Below are positions 47,959-57,017 of a stretch of 64,000 nt of DNA, piece by piece; within the stretch, counting starts at the first letter, position 1, and each line of letters begins with the position of its first letter. The position numbers and the translations under genes are program-made. The notes under the pieces are model-generated. The model was given only the letters and a program-made list of their open reading frames with translations, was not told the origin of the DNA and searched no databases. The DNA is from Candidatus Latescibacterota bacterium. GTDB lineage: Bacteria > Latescibacterota > UBA2968 > UBA8231. The stretch lies in the NCBI GenBank assembly GCA_965248355.1, contig OZ252098.1:640001-704000 (forward strand), written 5' to 3'.

Positions 47959-48356
47959 GGTCCAGTCGCTGAATAGTGGGGATGCCGAATCAGGATGAGC
48001 CGCAGCCGAAAGATAGGAACCGCGGCTGTCGGGGGTGGCAAGCCCGGCCGGAGCCCACCGGAGGTAATTGCCCGCCTCCTCGGCGAATCCCAGACCTGTG
48101 CGTGTCGGGCAATGTCTCCGGTGGAATCGACCTGGGGCATCCCTTCATCGTGGCCGTCAATGACTGCCACAGTGAGTTCGAGTGGGACCCTCATGGCATT
48201 CAGTGTGCTTTGGCGAATGACGTCGGGGCGATACACGATTCGAGCTTCCAACCCAAATTCCATCGCATCTCCGGTGTTCGGCGATCTGCTCGGACACGGT
48301 GGAGGGTCCGTAGGAGTCGAAGTCAGTCGGTAACGGCAGGGCCCGGGAATGCAATA

Positions 48357-49037
48357 ATGTCGCTGAACCTGGACGCCAAGTATCCCAAGACGCCCTACTG
48401 GCCCTGGTCGCCAGCCATCGGCAGGGAGGACGGGGTGCACGCGGATCCCCAGCGATTCGTCGGCGAGCCCGTGGTCGTAACGGAGAAGCTGGACGGTGGC
48501 AACACCCTCCTGCACGCCGGCAAGGTGTACGGCCGCAGCGTGTCGGTTCCTTCCAGCGACAAGTGGATGGCGATGGTGAAGAAGCACCACGCCTGGAAGG
48601 TGCGGGAGCCCGATGTCTATCTCTACGGGGAGGACATCTACGGTGTGCACAGCATCGAGTACGATCCCGTTCCGGAGCGGGAGACCTTCTACGCATTCGC
48701 GCTTCGGGACGGGGAGGGCGCTTTCGCCTCCTTCGAGGAGCTTGAGGTGTACGCCAAACCCCGGGAGATTCCGGTCGTGCCCGTCCTCTTCCGGGGCAGC
48801 TTCCAGTCGGTTGCAGGGATAGGCGCCTTCATGGAACGAGCCCACGGCGAGTCCTCGGCCCTCGGGGGTGCGCGGGAAGGGGTGGTGTTGCGGCTGGCGC
48901 GAGGGTTTCCTGCGTTGGAGTTTCCCAGCAACGTCTGCAAGAGCGTCCGCGCCGGCCATGTGCAGAGCGACGAGCATTGGACCAGGGACTGGAGGCCCTG
49001 CAGGATCGCACGGACCCCAAGAAAGGAGAGCTTGTGA
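48357..49037 (+). CDS. ATP-dependent RNA ligase family protein (Rnl2-like adenylyltransferase core)
   Basis: 'KYPKTP', motif I 'TEKLDGGN', III 'YGED', IIIa 'FYAF', IV 'REGVVLR', V 'KSVR'. Confidence 0.85.
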   Translation: MSLNLDAKYPKTPYWPWSPAIGREDGVHADPQRFVGEPVVVTEKLDGGNTLLHAGKVYGRSVSVPSSDKWMAMVKKHHAWKVREPDVYLYGEDIYGVHSIEYDPVPERETFYAFALRDGEGAFASFEELEVYAKPREIPVVPVLFRGSFQSVAGIGAFMERAHGESSALGGAREGVVLRLARGFPALEFPSNVCKSVRAGHVQSDEHWTRDWRPCRIARTPRKESL

Positions 49038-49777
49038 GAGTGGCCGTCATGGGCGCCGCCGGGTGGGTCGGCCGGGCGGTGCTGGACAACTTCGCCGGCC
49101 GCCACGAGGTGCGGGCCTTCGACTACAACCCCGAAGCCTGGGACGCGTACCGCCGATTCCATGGGGACTGGGAGGGGGAGAAGCACCACGGGGACATCGC
49201 CGACTTCAACGCCGTCCACGGGGCCCTGGAAGGCATGGACGGCGTCGTCCATCTGGCCGCCTACTTCGGCTACGAGAACCCGCCCGAGGACGACCTGAAC
49301 CCCTTTCTCTTCAACGTCAAGGGGATGTGGAACGTCCTGGAGTCGGCCCGGCGGCACGGGCTCCAACGGGTGGTGCACATGAGCTCCTGCGTCGTGGAGC
49401 ATCCGGACGGCGTCTTCCTGTCGTCGGAGGTGCGCAGCAAGGAGGGCAGCCTGTACGGCATGACGAAGCGTCTGCAGGAGGAACTGTGCCGCCAGTTCCA
49501 CGACGCCTGCGGTCTGCGCATCATCGTCCTCCGGCCGTGCAGCATCGGCGACAGCCGGCTCGGCATCACCCGGGACGGCTCCCCCGCCCGCGGCGGCATC
49601 AGCTGGGTCTGCCGGCACGATCTGGCGGAGGCCTGCCACCTGGCGCTCACATCCGGCGCCATCGACTTCGACATCATGCACACGGCCAGCCACCCGGAGG
49701 CCGACAAGCACTGCAACGTGGCAAGGTCCCGGGAGTTGCTGGGTCTGGAGTACAAAGGCCACTTCCCCGGCGGCTGA
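49034..49777 (+). CDS. NAD-dependent epimerase/dehydratase (extended SDR)
   Basis: 'VMGAAGWVG', 'VVHLAA', 'YGMTK'. Confidence 0.88.
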   Translation: MRVAVMGAAGWVGRAVLDNFAGRHEVRAFDYNPEAWDAYRRFHGDWEGEKHHGDIADFNAVHGALEGMDGVVHLAAYFGYENPPEDDLNPFLFNVKGMWNVLESARRHGLQRVVHMSSCVVEHPDGVFLSSEVRSKEGSLYGMTKRLQEELCRQFHDACGLRIIVLRPCSIGDSRLGITRDGSPARGGISWVCRHDLAEACHLALTSGAIDFDIMHTASHPEADKHCNVARSRELLGLEYKGHFPGG

Positions 49778-49778
49778 C

Positions 49779-51167
49779 TCAGGGGGCTTCCGCGGCAAAG
49801 GCATCGGGCCGCGTGGAATCGGCGGGCCAGTATCCCCGGGGGGATTGGCGCCACCGGGTGCCGCACAGACCGGAGATCACGCTCCACTCCGGCGCCCCCA
49901 GGTCCGGGTCCGGCTGAAAGAGGAAGCGCCGGGCCCCGGCCCGCTCGGAGGCGGTCAGGATGCCGTGGAGGTCCCTGGCGGTCATGGCCTCGCCGCCGTG
50001 GGGCTGCCGGCCGGTGGAAACCCAGGGGATCGCCTTGTCGTCCCCTATGGCCTCCAGCGCGCGCCTCGTCTCGTCGTGGACCAGCCGCTCGAAGAACTCC
50101 TCCGGAAAGCCCAGCTCCATATCCGCCAGCGATTCGATCCCCGGTAGTTCCAGCCCCAACCACGCTTTGACCACCGAGAAGCAATCCGCCTCGGTCAGGG
50201 CGGGGTTCCAGGCGCCGACCTGCTGAACCCAGCGGGCCACGGTTCCGTAGAGGCCGTCGTTGCCCCGGTGCCAGAAGTAGTGCTTGGGGAAGACATAGTC
50301 GAAGTAACGCGCCATCTGTCCGAAGTCCTGGCCGGTGAGCCCGGAGAAGGCCGCGGTGCGCGGGATGCCGCCCAGCTCCAGCGAGCAATCGAGCTGGTCG
50401 ATCCGGGAGCGCACGGCGTCCATGAAGTCGATCGCGGTCTGGCGCCGCACTTGCAGCCAGTAGAGGCCGTCCTCGTCCAGGTCGAACAGAGTCAGGGCGC
50501 CCAGCAGGCCGCCCGTGGCATGGTAGCGCACGAGAGCCGGCGTCAATTGGTGGAAGCGCCGGCGCAGCCGGGCCATGCCGCGCTCGATGCGGGGCACGTC
50601 CGCCCCCTGCATCTCGAAGCGGTAACGCTGGAGACCGTGCAGTTGCAGCAGCTGGGTGCCGCGGTGCAACTCCAGCTCGTAGTCGTGCTCTCCCGGCTGG
50701 TCCAGAATGACGCCGTGGGCCTGGGGAAAGGCGCCCATGATGTCCCGCACCCCGGCGGCGATCTCCAACGCACCCACCGGATCCCGCTCCGGGGGCAGGC
50801 CCGAGACGGTGCCCTGGCCGCGCTGGTAGAGCAGGCGGAGACCGTCCCTGGAATCGAATATCATGATCTTCCAGCCCCGGGCGGCCGCGTCGTCGAGCAG
50901 GGCGTGGAGCTTCTTCTCCTTGGCCTCATTGCGAGGCGTCTCCGGAGGCGGGTTGATGCCCAGTGCGGCGTATACCTCCGGATCGGCGGGGAAGGCGGGC
51001 GTCAGCGTATCCCCCCACAGCGGCATGCCGTGGCCGTCCTCCTGGACGAACCACAAGCGGCCCACGACGATGCCGCGCACCCCGCCGTCCTCCCAGGCGT
51101 CGAAGATGCGGCCGTACTCGTCCAGCCAGCGCTCGAGCGGATTGTGCACGAAGATCCACGGTGTCAT
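49779..51167 (-). CDS. Conserved hypothetical protein (possible TIM barrel)
   Basis: Long GC3-biased ORF; 'FPKHYFWHRG.DGLYGT'. Confidence 0.7.
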   Translation of the reverse strand: MTPWIFVHNPLERWLDEYGRIFDAWEDGGVRGIVVGRLWFVQEDGHGMPLWGDTLTPAFPADPEVYAALGINPPPETPRNEAKEKKLHALLDDAAARGWKIMIFDSRDGLRLLYQRGQGTVSGLPPERDPVGALEIAAGVRDIMGAFPQAHGVILDQPGEHDYELELHRGTQLLQLHGLQRYRFEMQGADVPRIERGMARLRRRFHQLTPALVRYHATGGLLGALTLFDLDEDGLYWLQVRRQTAIDFMDAVRSRIDQLDCSLELGGIPRTAAFSGLTGQDFGQMARYFDYVFPKHYFWHRGNDGLYGTVARWVQQVGAWNPALTEADCFSVVKAWLGLELPGIESLADMELGFPEEFFERLVHDETRRALEAIGDDKAIPWVSTGRQPHGGEAMTARDLHGILTASERAGARRFLFQPDPDLGAPEWSVISGLCGTRWRQSPRGYWPADSTRPDAFAAEAP

Positions 51168-51346
51168 TTCGCTACCCCTCTCACACGGAACGCGGGACAC
51201 ACAGGGCGGGATTCGCCGCCTGCCGGGATCGGCGTGCAGATGGTGGGACGGTGAAGGGTGGCTGTCAAAGTGACGCCGATCTTGATGCGGGATTTCCGGG
51301 CGCCTTGTATCTTGGCCAGCGCCGCCCTCCTATCTCACGAGAGCCC

Positions 51347-52483
51347 ATGATCCCATCCCCTTTCTCCGACCTCGAGACCCCGGCGGTCCTGCTCGACCGG
51401 GCCGTCCTGCAAGCCAACATCGACGCCGTGCAGGACAAGGCCCGGCGCCACGGGCTGCGCCTGCGGCCCCACATCAAGACCCACAAGTCCCTGGAGATCG
51501 GCCGCCTGCAGATGGCGGCAGGCGCCTGCGGAATCACGGCGGCCCGGGCCGACGAGGCCCTGGTCTTCGCCCGGGGCGGCTTCGCCTCGGTGACCCTGGC
51601 CCAACCCCTGCTGACGGCCACCAAGCTCGACCGCCTGCTGATCGAGGGCCGCGACCTCGGGGTGGACCTGCGCCTCATCGTCGACAGCCGGGAAGGGCTG
51701 GACCTGCTGGCCGCCAGGGCCCGGGAGCACGGGACCGAGCCGGGGGTCTTCCTCAAGATCGACGTGGGCCTGCACCGCTGCGGCCTGGCCGAAGACGACC
51801 CCGCCATCGCCGACCTGGCCGGGCGCATCCACGGGAGCGCGGAGCTGCGCTGGCGCGGCCTGCTGTCCCACGCCGGCCAGTCGTACGGCGCCGCCGACGC
51901 CGGGCAGGTGCGCGGCATCGCCGAGGCCGAGCGCCGCATCCTGCTGAGCGTGCGCGACCGCCTGCAGCGGCAGGGCCTGCCCGTCCCCGAAATCTCCGTG
52001 GGCTCCACCCCCACGGTGCTGGCCGCCGAGGATTTCGCGGGTCTCACCGAGATCCGGCCGGGCAACTACGTCTTCATGGACCACACGCCCCTGCGCCTGG
52101 GGCTGATCGAGCCGCTTCAGGTAGCCCTGAGCCTCCTGGCCACCGTCATCAGCCGCAACGACGAGTACTTCATCACCGATGCCGGCTCCAAGAGCCTGAC
52201 CTCCGACCAGGGCGCCCACGGCCTGCAGGGCGCGCCCGGCTACGGCACCGCCTACGCCCTGGCCGACTATGCCGGCCGGAGGAGCCCCCTCACCGTGGCC
52301 AAGCTCTCGGAGGAGCACGGCTTCGTCCCCAGGGGCGCGGTCGACCTGCCCCTCGGCAGCCGGCTGCGCATCGTGCCCAACCACTCCTGCCCGGTGGCCA
52401 ACCTGGCGCGCTCCTACGTCGTCGTCGACGGCGAGGAGATCACGGACACCTGGGCGGCCGAGGCGGCGGGCCCGAGCCGCTGA
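51347..52483 (+). CDS. Fold-type III PLP enzyme (D-threonine aldolase/D-serine dehydratase family)
   Basis: 'LRPHIKTHK', 'DVGLHRCG', 'GSTPT', 'EIRPGNYVF', 'LSEEHG', 'PNHSC'. Confidence 0.9.
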   Translation: MIPSPFSDLETPAVLLDRAVLQANIDAVQDKARRHGLRLRPHIKTHKSLEIGRLQMAAGACGITAARADEALVFARGGFASVTLAQPLLTATKLDRLLIEGRDLGVDLRLIVDSREGLDLLAARAREHGTEPGVFLKIDVGLHRCGLAEDDPAIADLAGRIHGSAELRWRGLLSHAGQSYGAADAGQVRGIAEAERRILLSVRDRLQRQGLPVPEISVGSTPTVLAAEDFAGLTEIRPGNYVFMDHTPLRLGLIEPLQVALSLLATVISRNDEYFITDAGSKSLTSDQGAHGLQGAPGYGTAYALADYAGRRSPLTVAKLSEEHGFVPRGAVDLPLGSRLRIVPNHSCPVANLARSYVVVDGEEITDTWAAEAAGPSR

Positions 52484-52497
52484 CCGGTGCGCAGAGC

Positions 52498-53811
52498 TTG
52501 TTCACCCCGTCGCGAATCCTGCCCGCCGTCCTGATGTCGATGCTGGCTGCGTCGGCGGCCGCCGGTGCGGTTCCGGGTTGGAAGTGGCAACCCCCCGAGG
52601 ACCGTCCCTTCCCCATGGTCGCCTGGTACGGCCCCGGCCGCGGGCTGCTCACCGACGAGGTCTGGAGCGATGTCGCCGAGGCGGGGTTCAACCTGTGCCT
52701 GCCCTCCTTCCACGGCACGACCGAGGAGTACCGGCGGACCCTCCAGCTCGGCGAGAAGTACGGCATCGGCCTGCTCCTGGGCGGCCTGGTCAACTGGGAG
52801 TGGGGGGAGAGGGAGGAGAAGGCCGAGGAACTCGTCGAGAGTTTGAAGGAGCGCACGGAGCGCTACTCGGCCGAGCCCGCCTTCGCGGCCTACGTCCTCA
52901 AGGACGAGCCCCACGCGGTCAGCTTCCCGGCCCTGGCCCACAGCCGCCGGCTCCTGGCCCGCATGGATCCCGGCCACTTCGCCTACGTCAACCTCTTCCC
53001 CAACTACGCCCCGGTGAACGAGCGGGAGAACTACCTCGGCACCCGCGACTACCAGGAATACGTCGACCGCTACATGGAGGTATTCCGGCCCGAGGTCCTC
53101 ATGTTCGACCACTATGCCGTCGAGGGCTACCGGTTCCGCGAGGCCGACTACGCCATCCGCGTGCGGCCCGAATACTTCGAGAACCTCGAGATCATCCGCG
53201 CCGCGGCCCTCGAGCACCGCGTCCCCTTCTGGGCCTTCACCCTGAGCACGCCCGTGTTCTCCTACCCGACCCCCACCGAGGGTCACCTGCGCTTCCAGCT
53301 CTACTCCTGCCTGGCCTACGGCGCCCGGGGGATGCAGTACTTCACCTACGGACCCGCCGAGGGGGAGAACGGGCTGATCGACGGCCAGGGGAAGAGGGGA
53401 CCCTGGTACGAGACGGCGAAGCGGATCAACCGGGAGATCCAGAACATGGGCGGCCTGCTGCTGGCCCTGACCTCCACCGCGGTCTTCCACACCTCCCCCC
53501 AGCCGCGGGGCACGACGTGGATCCACGAAGGCCACGGGGGACTCGCCAGCTGCCTGGGCGCGCCGGCGGTGCTCGGCTTCTTCGACGGCCCCGCTGGCCG
53601 CCGCTTCCTGTTGGTCGTGAACCGCGATCCCATGAAGGCCGCGGAGCTGACCCTGACCTTCGCCGAGGGCGTCGCCGTGGCCGAGGTCGACCGGTCCCGG
53701 ACCGACGGGGCCGTGCGGCCGGTGGACCTCACGGACGGCGAGCTGAAGATGACCCTCTCCGACGGCGACGGACGCCTGCTGGAGCTGATCCCGCGACTAG
53801 ACCTGAAATAA
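52498..53811 (+). CDS. Secreted glycoside hydrolase-like TIM-barrel protein; stop codon supplied by the IS end
   Basis: Signal peptide; 'LKDEP', 'YVNLFPNY', 'FDHY', 'LAYGARGMQYFTY'; terminal codons DLK* lie within the IS inverted repeat. Confidence 0.7.
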   Translation: MFTPSRILPAVLMSMLAASAAAGAVPGWKWQPPEDRPFPMVAWYGPGRGLLTDEVWSDVAEAGFNLCLPSFHGTTEEYRRTLQLGEKYGIGLLLGGLVNWEWGEREEKAEELVESLKERTERYSAEPAFAAYVLKDEPHAVSFPALAHSRRLLARMDPGHFAYVNLFPNYAPVNERENYLGTRDYQEYVDRYMEVFRPEVLMFDHYAVEGYRFREADYAIRVRPEYFENLEIIRAAALEHRVPFWAFTLSTPVFSYPTPTEGHLRFQLYSCLAYGARGMQYFTYGPAEGENGLIDGQGKRGPWYETAKRINREIQNMGGLLLALTSTAVFHTSPQPRGTTWIHEGHGGLASCLGAPAVLGFFDGPAGRRFLLVVNRDPMKAAELTLTFAEGVAVAEVDRSRTDGAVRPVDLTDGELKMTLSDGDGRLLELIPRLDLK

Positions 53812-55083
53812 GCGTGTCGCCCGATGGCCGGCCTCGCTGACGGGCGGCTGAAGCCGGGAGGTCGTGAAATCGGGTTTTACGCTGTCGATGGGGGATCGAG
53901 TGGCTTTCATCGAGTGTCGGGGACGGCAGATTGGGCAGCGTCCTCCCGTGGTCGTGTGTGGAGCCCGACGAACCGGCCGGTCGGCGGCGGGCGGCGGCGT
54001 GAGCGTCAGAACACGGTGCGTTCGATGGTTCGCCAGGTACTGGCGATCGCTCTGGCGGTGCATCATCATCGCCATCCACGACTTGAGATTCCAGGCCAGC
54101 GTGGCCATGACCATGTAGGCCCAGTTGCTGACCAGGTCGTAGAGCGGCACGCGCATGGCGTGGACGCCGTTCTTGAGCTGCTCGATGACGTTTTCCTGGT
54201 CGCACCGCTGGTTGGCGCAGGCGACCACCTCGGCCGCGCTCAGGTCGGTGCGCGTGGTGATGTAGAAGAAGTAGCGGATCTCGTCGAACAGGGTCCGCTC
54301 GCCTTTCATCTGGCTGAGGTTCTTGCGCAGCGCCACGACCCGGTAGGGGCGCTGGCAGGCCCGCGGCTGGTAGTCGAACTCGGCCACGTCTTCGTAGTTG
54401 AGCTGGACGTTGACGAATTCGCGCTCCTTGACCAGGCGCTCTTTCTCGCGCGGCTGATACCGCTGCCGGTCGCGCCGTAGCTCGCTCCGCGTCTCCTCCT
54501 TCGAGCGGCGCTGCAAGCGCTGCCAGCACGCCTCCTCGAGCGCCTCGGCGTGGCGGCGCAGGGTCGCGTTGCAGTCCATGCCGAAGAGAAGTCGACCTGT
54601 TGCGCCCAGCGGTCGAAATGGCGGGTCAACGAAAAGTCGGTGTCGCCGCGCAAACAGATGCGGGCGTTGTAGGCCAGATTCAGCACGTGGTCCGACTCGT
54701 GATAGGGCAAGTGCACCTTCAACAGGTGCAGGCGCTGGTCGATCTGTTTCGGCAGGCCCAGCTTGGTCACCAGCCGATGCACCACGCCGATACCGCCATA
54801 GGGGGTCACGTCCGGGTGGGCGCCGATCTCGTAGTGCACCGGCCCGGCGGTGAACAGGGGCCGCGCCTGAGGCGACCAGTGTCCCGCTTTCGCGTGGCGC
54901 GCCTTCACCTTGCGCTGGCGTCGGGCCCTGTTCCTGCGGCTCTGCGGTGCCGATATTCTCTTCACCGGAAAGGCTCCTGCGTGGGGGGGAGCGAATCTCG
55001 CTTGGATGCTGCTAACTCCCACTACGGTAAGCCTTTCCGGCCTTTCAGAACAGCCAAATCGAACCCGCCACGCTTATTCAGGG
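53801..55083 (-). mobile_element. IS1380 family element, internally deleted (copy 1)
   Basis: Ends ACCTGAAATAAGCGTG / CACGCTTATTCAGGG; flanks CTAG / ATAG; transposase pieces 'LKVHLPYHESDHVLN', 'RGDTDF', 'RCDQENVIEQLK'. Confidence 0.88.
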
Positions 55084-55097
55084 ATAGGACGGGGATC

Positions 55098-57017
55098 ATG
55101 ACCAGGACGAGACGTACCATCGCGCAGGCCCTGACCCTGCTGCTGGGCCTCGGCACCACCGCCCAGGGGCTGACCATCTACCGCATCGGGGGTTCGATTC
55201 TGCCACCGCCCGAGCTGCCCGAGGGGGCCGACTTCGTGCAACTGGACTGGCAGGCCGCCGAGGACAGCGATCACGGCGCCATCGATCTGCTGCACGGGCT
55301 CGAGCCCGACGCCCTGGAGCCGGACAAGCTGGACCCGACGGTGAACCTGGCCCCCATTTTCGAGGAGATCGGCGGGCGCATCATGAGCTCCGCCTCGCAC
55401 GGCTTCGTGGCCGGGTTCAAACCAGACGCCGTCCTCTTTGACGGCGATCCCGAGACCGTGAGTCTCGGGGACGGCCACTGGGGCGGAGCCCACCACTACC
55501 GCTTCCTGGAACTCATCTTCGTGTTCCCGGGCACCTTCAGCATCGCGCGGATCAAGATGTATCCGCGCGAGCGATACATGTCGAGCCGCTTCGTGCAGTG
55601 GTTTCGCATCGGATTCAACGACGCCGAACGCAGCAGAAGGGGCGGCCCGGTCATCCGCGCCCTCAACTGGGAGTTCGAGCTCGTCTACGAGGACCTCGAA
55701 AACTCCCGGGGGTTCATCGAACTGACCACCCTGCCCGAGTACCCGGTGAAGGAGCTGCTCGTCTCGCTGGCCGAGAACACGCAGGGCATCTGGGAAATGG
55801 CCGAGATCGAGGTCTACGGCCGGGGCTACACGCCCGAGGCCACCTACGTGAGCCAGGTCATCGACCTCGGGGGTCCCTCCGCGCTGGGGGACCTCGGTTG
55901 GTCCGCCGAGGTCGACCCCGGAGCCGATCTGAAGTTGCGCATGCGGGCCGGGGACGATCCGGTTCCCAACAACTACTGGCGTTACACCTTCCGCGGCAGT
56001 GGGTCCACCAGCCGGTTGGACGAGCAAGGCCAGCCCCTGACAAAGGGCGGATACCTGGGCCTGGACAGGCGGGAACGGGCCGGGATCACGCCGGACACCG
56101 AGAACTGGGACGGTTGGAGCACGTCCTTCGACCACTCCGAAGGGACCGTGCCTTTCCAGGCCTCACGGCCCCGTCAGTACCTCCAGGTGCGCGCCGATTT
56201 CAACTCCACCGTCGACGCCGGCTCCCGCCTCCAGTACCTGCAGTTCGCCGTCTCCCAGCCGCCGCCGGCCACCGTGGTCTTCGGGGAGATCACCCCGACC
56301 ATGGCCTCCGTCGACGAGGTGACGCCCTTCACCTACCTGATGACGCCTGTCATGCGCTCCGGGAACTTCGGGTTCGACCGCATCCTCATCGACACGCCCA
56401 CCACCGTGGCCGGCATCGACGGCGTGCGCTTCAACGGCCAGCCCGTGGCCTACGAGGTTCTTCGCCTCGACGAGTCGGGCTTCGAGATCGCCATCCCCCG
56501 GGTCGACGAGAGCCGCGACGGCGAGCTCATCGAGATCGACTTCCGCTCCCGGATCTTCCGGTTCGGCACCGTCTTTTCCGGCCGGGTCATGGACAGCCAG
56601 CGTCCGGAGGAGGTGGCGCAGGTGGTCTCCCCCGGCGAGGCGGACCCGATCGTCGACAGCAACACCCTGAGCGTCGGCCTGGAGGAGGTGGGCCGGCGGA
56701 CGGTCAATGCCCTCACCGTCGAGCCGCCGGTCTTCAGCCCCAACGGAGACGGCATCAACGACCGGATGAGTTTCGAGTACGAGCTGGTGAACGTGGGGGG
56801 TGACGCCGAGGTGGCCGTCGTCCTCTACGATCTGCGGGGCTCGCCCGTGGAGGAGGTCTTCCGCGGACCGGCCGGCAGCGGCCGGTTCCGCGCGGAGTGG
56901 GACGGCCGCGATGCCGGGGGACGCCTCCTCGGGCCGGGGATCTACATCCTGCGGATCGAGGTCGAGTCGGACCTCGGAATCAGGTCCAGGGAAAGGGTCG
57001 TCTCCCTCGTCTACTAG
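55098..57017 (+). CDS. Secreted beta-rich protein with C-terminal FlgD-like Ig domain
   Basis: Signal peptide; 'VFSPNGDGIND', 'WDGRD..G..LGPGIYILRIEV'. Confidence 0.8.
   Translation: MTRTRRTIAQALTLLLGLGTTAQGLTIYRIGGSILPPPELPEGADFVQLDWQAAEDSDHGAIDLLHGLEPDALEPDKLDPTVNLAPIFEEIGGRIMSSASHGFVAGFKPDAVLFDGDPETVSLGDGHWGGAHHYRFLELIFVFPGTFSIARIKMYPRERYMSSRFVQWFRIGFNDAERSRRGGPVIRALNWEFELVYEDLENSRGFIELTTLPEYPVKELLVSLAENTQGIWEMAEIEVYGRGYTPEATYVSQVIDLGGPSALGDLGWSAEVDPGADLKLRMRAGDDPVPNNYWRYTFRGSGSTSRLDEQGQPLTKGGYLGLDRRERAGITPDTENWDGWSTSFDHSEGTVPFQASRPRQYLQVRADFNSTVDAGSRLQYLQFAVSQPPPATVVFGEITPTMASVDEVTPFTYLMTPVMRSGNFGFDRILIDTPTTVAGIDGVRFNGQPVAYEVLRLDESGFEIAIPRVDESRDGELIEIDFRSRIFRFGTVFSGRVMDSQRPEEVAQVVSPGEADPIVDSNTLSVGLEEVGRRTVNALTVEPPVFSPNGDGINDRMSFEYELVNVGGDAEVAVVLYDLRGSPVEEVFRGPAGSGRFRAEWDGRDAGGRLLGPGIYILRIEVESDLGIRSRERVVSLVY

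Noticed and set aside
47990..48113. Hammerhead-like (GATGAG...CGAAA) or HDV-like (GCCTCCTCGGC) ribozyme
   Set aside because: The CUGANGA core is absent; the HDV-like loop is too short and lacks the P1.1 GG and catalytic C-x-A joiner.
47955..48356. N-terminal extension of the RNA ligase (ORF from 47976) or a minus-strand gene here
   Set aside because: Ligase similarity begins at 'KYPKTP' after ATG 48357; neither frame shows a recognisable motif, though a coding relic cannot be excluded.
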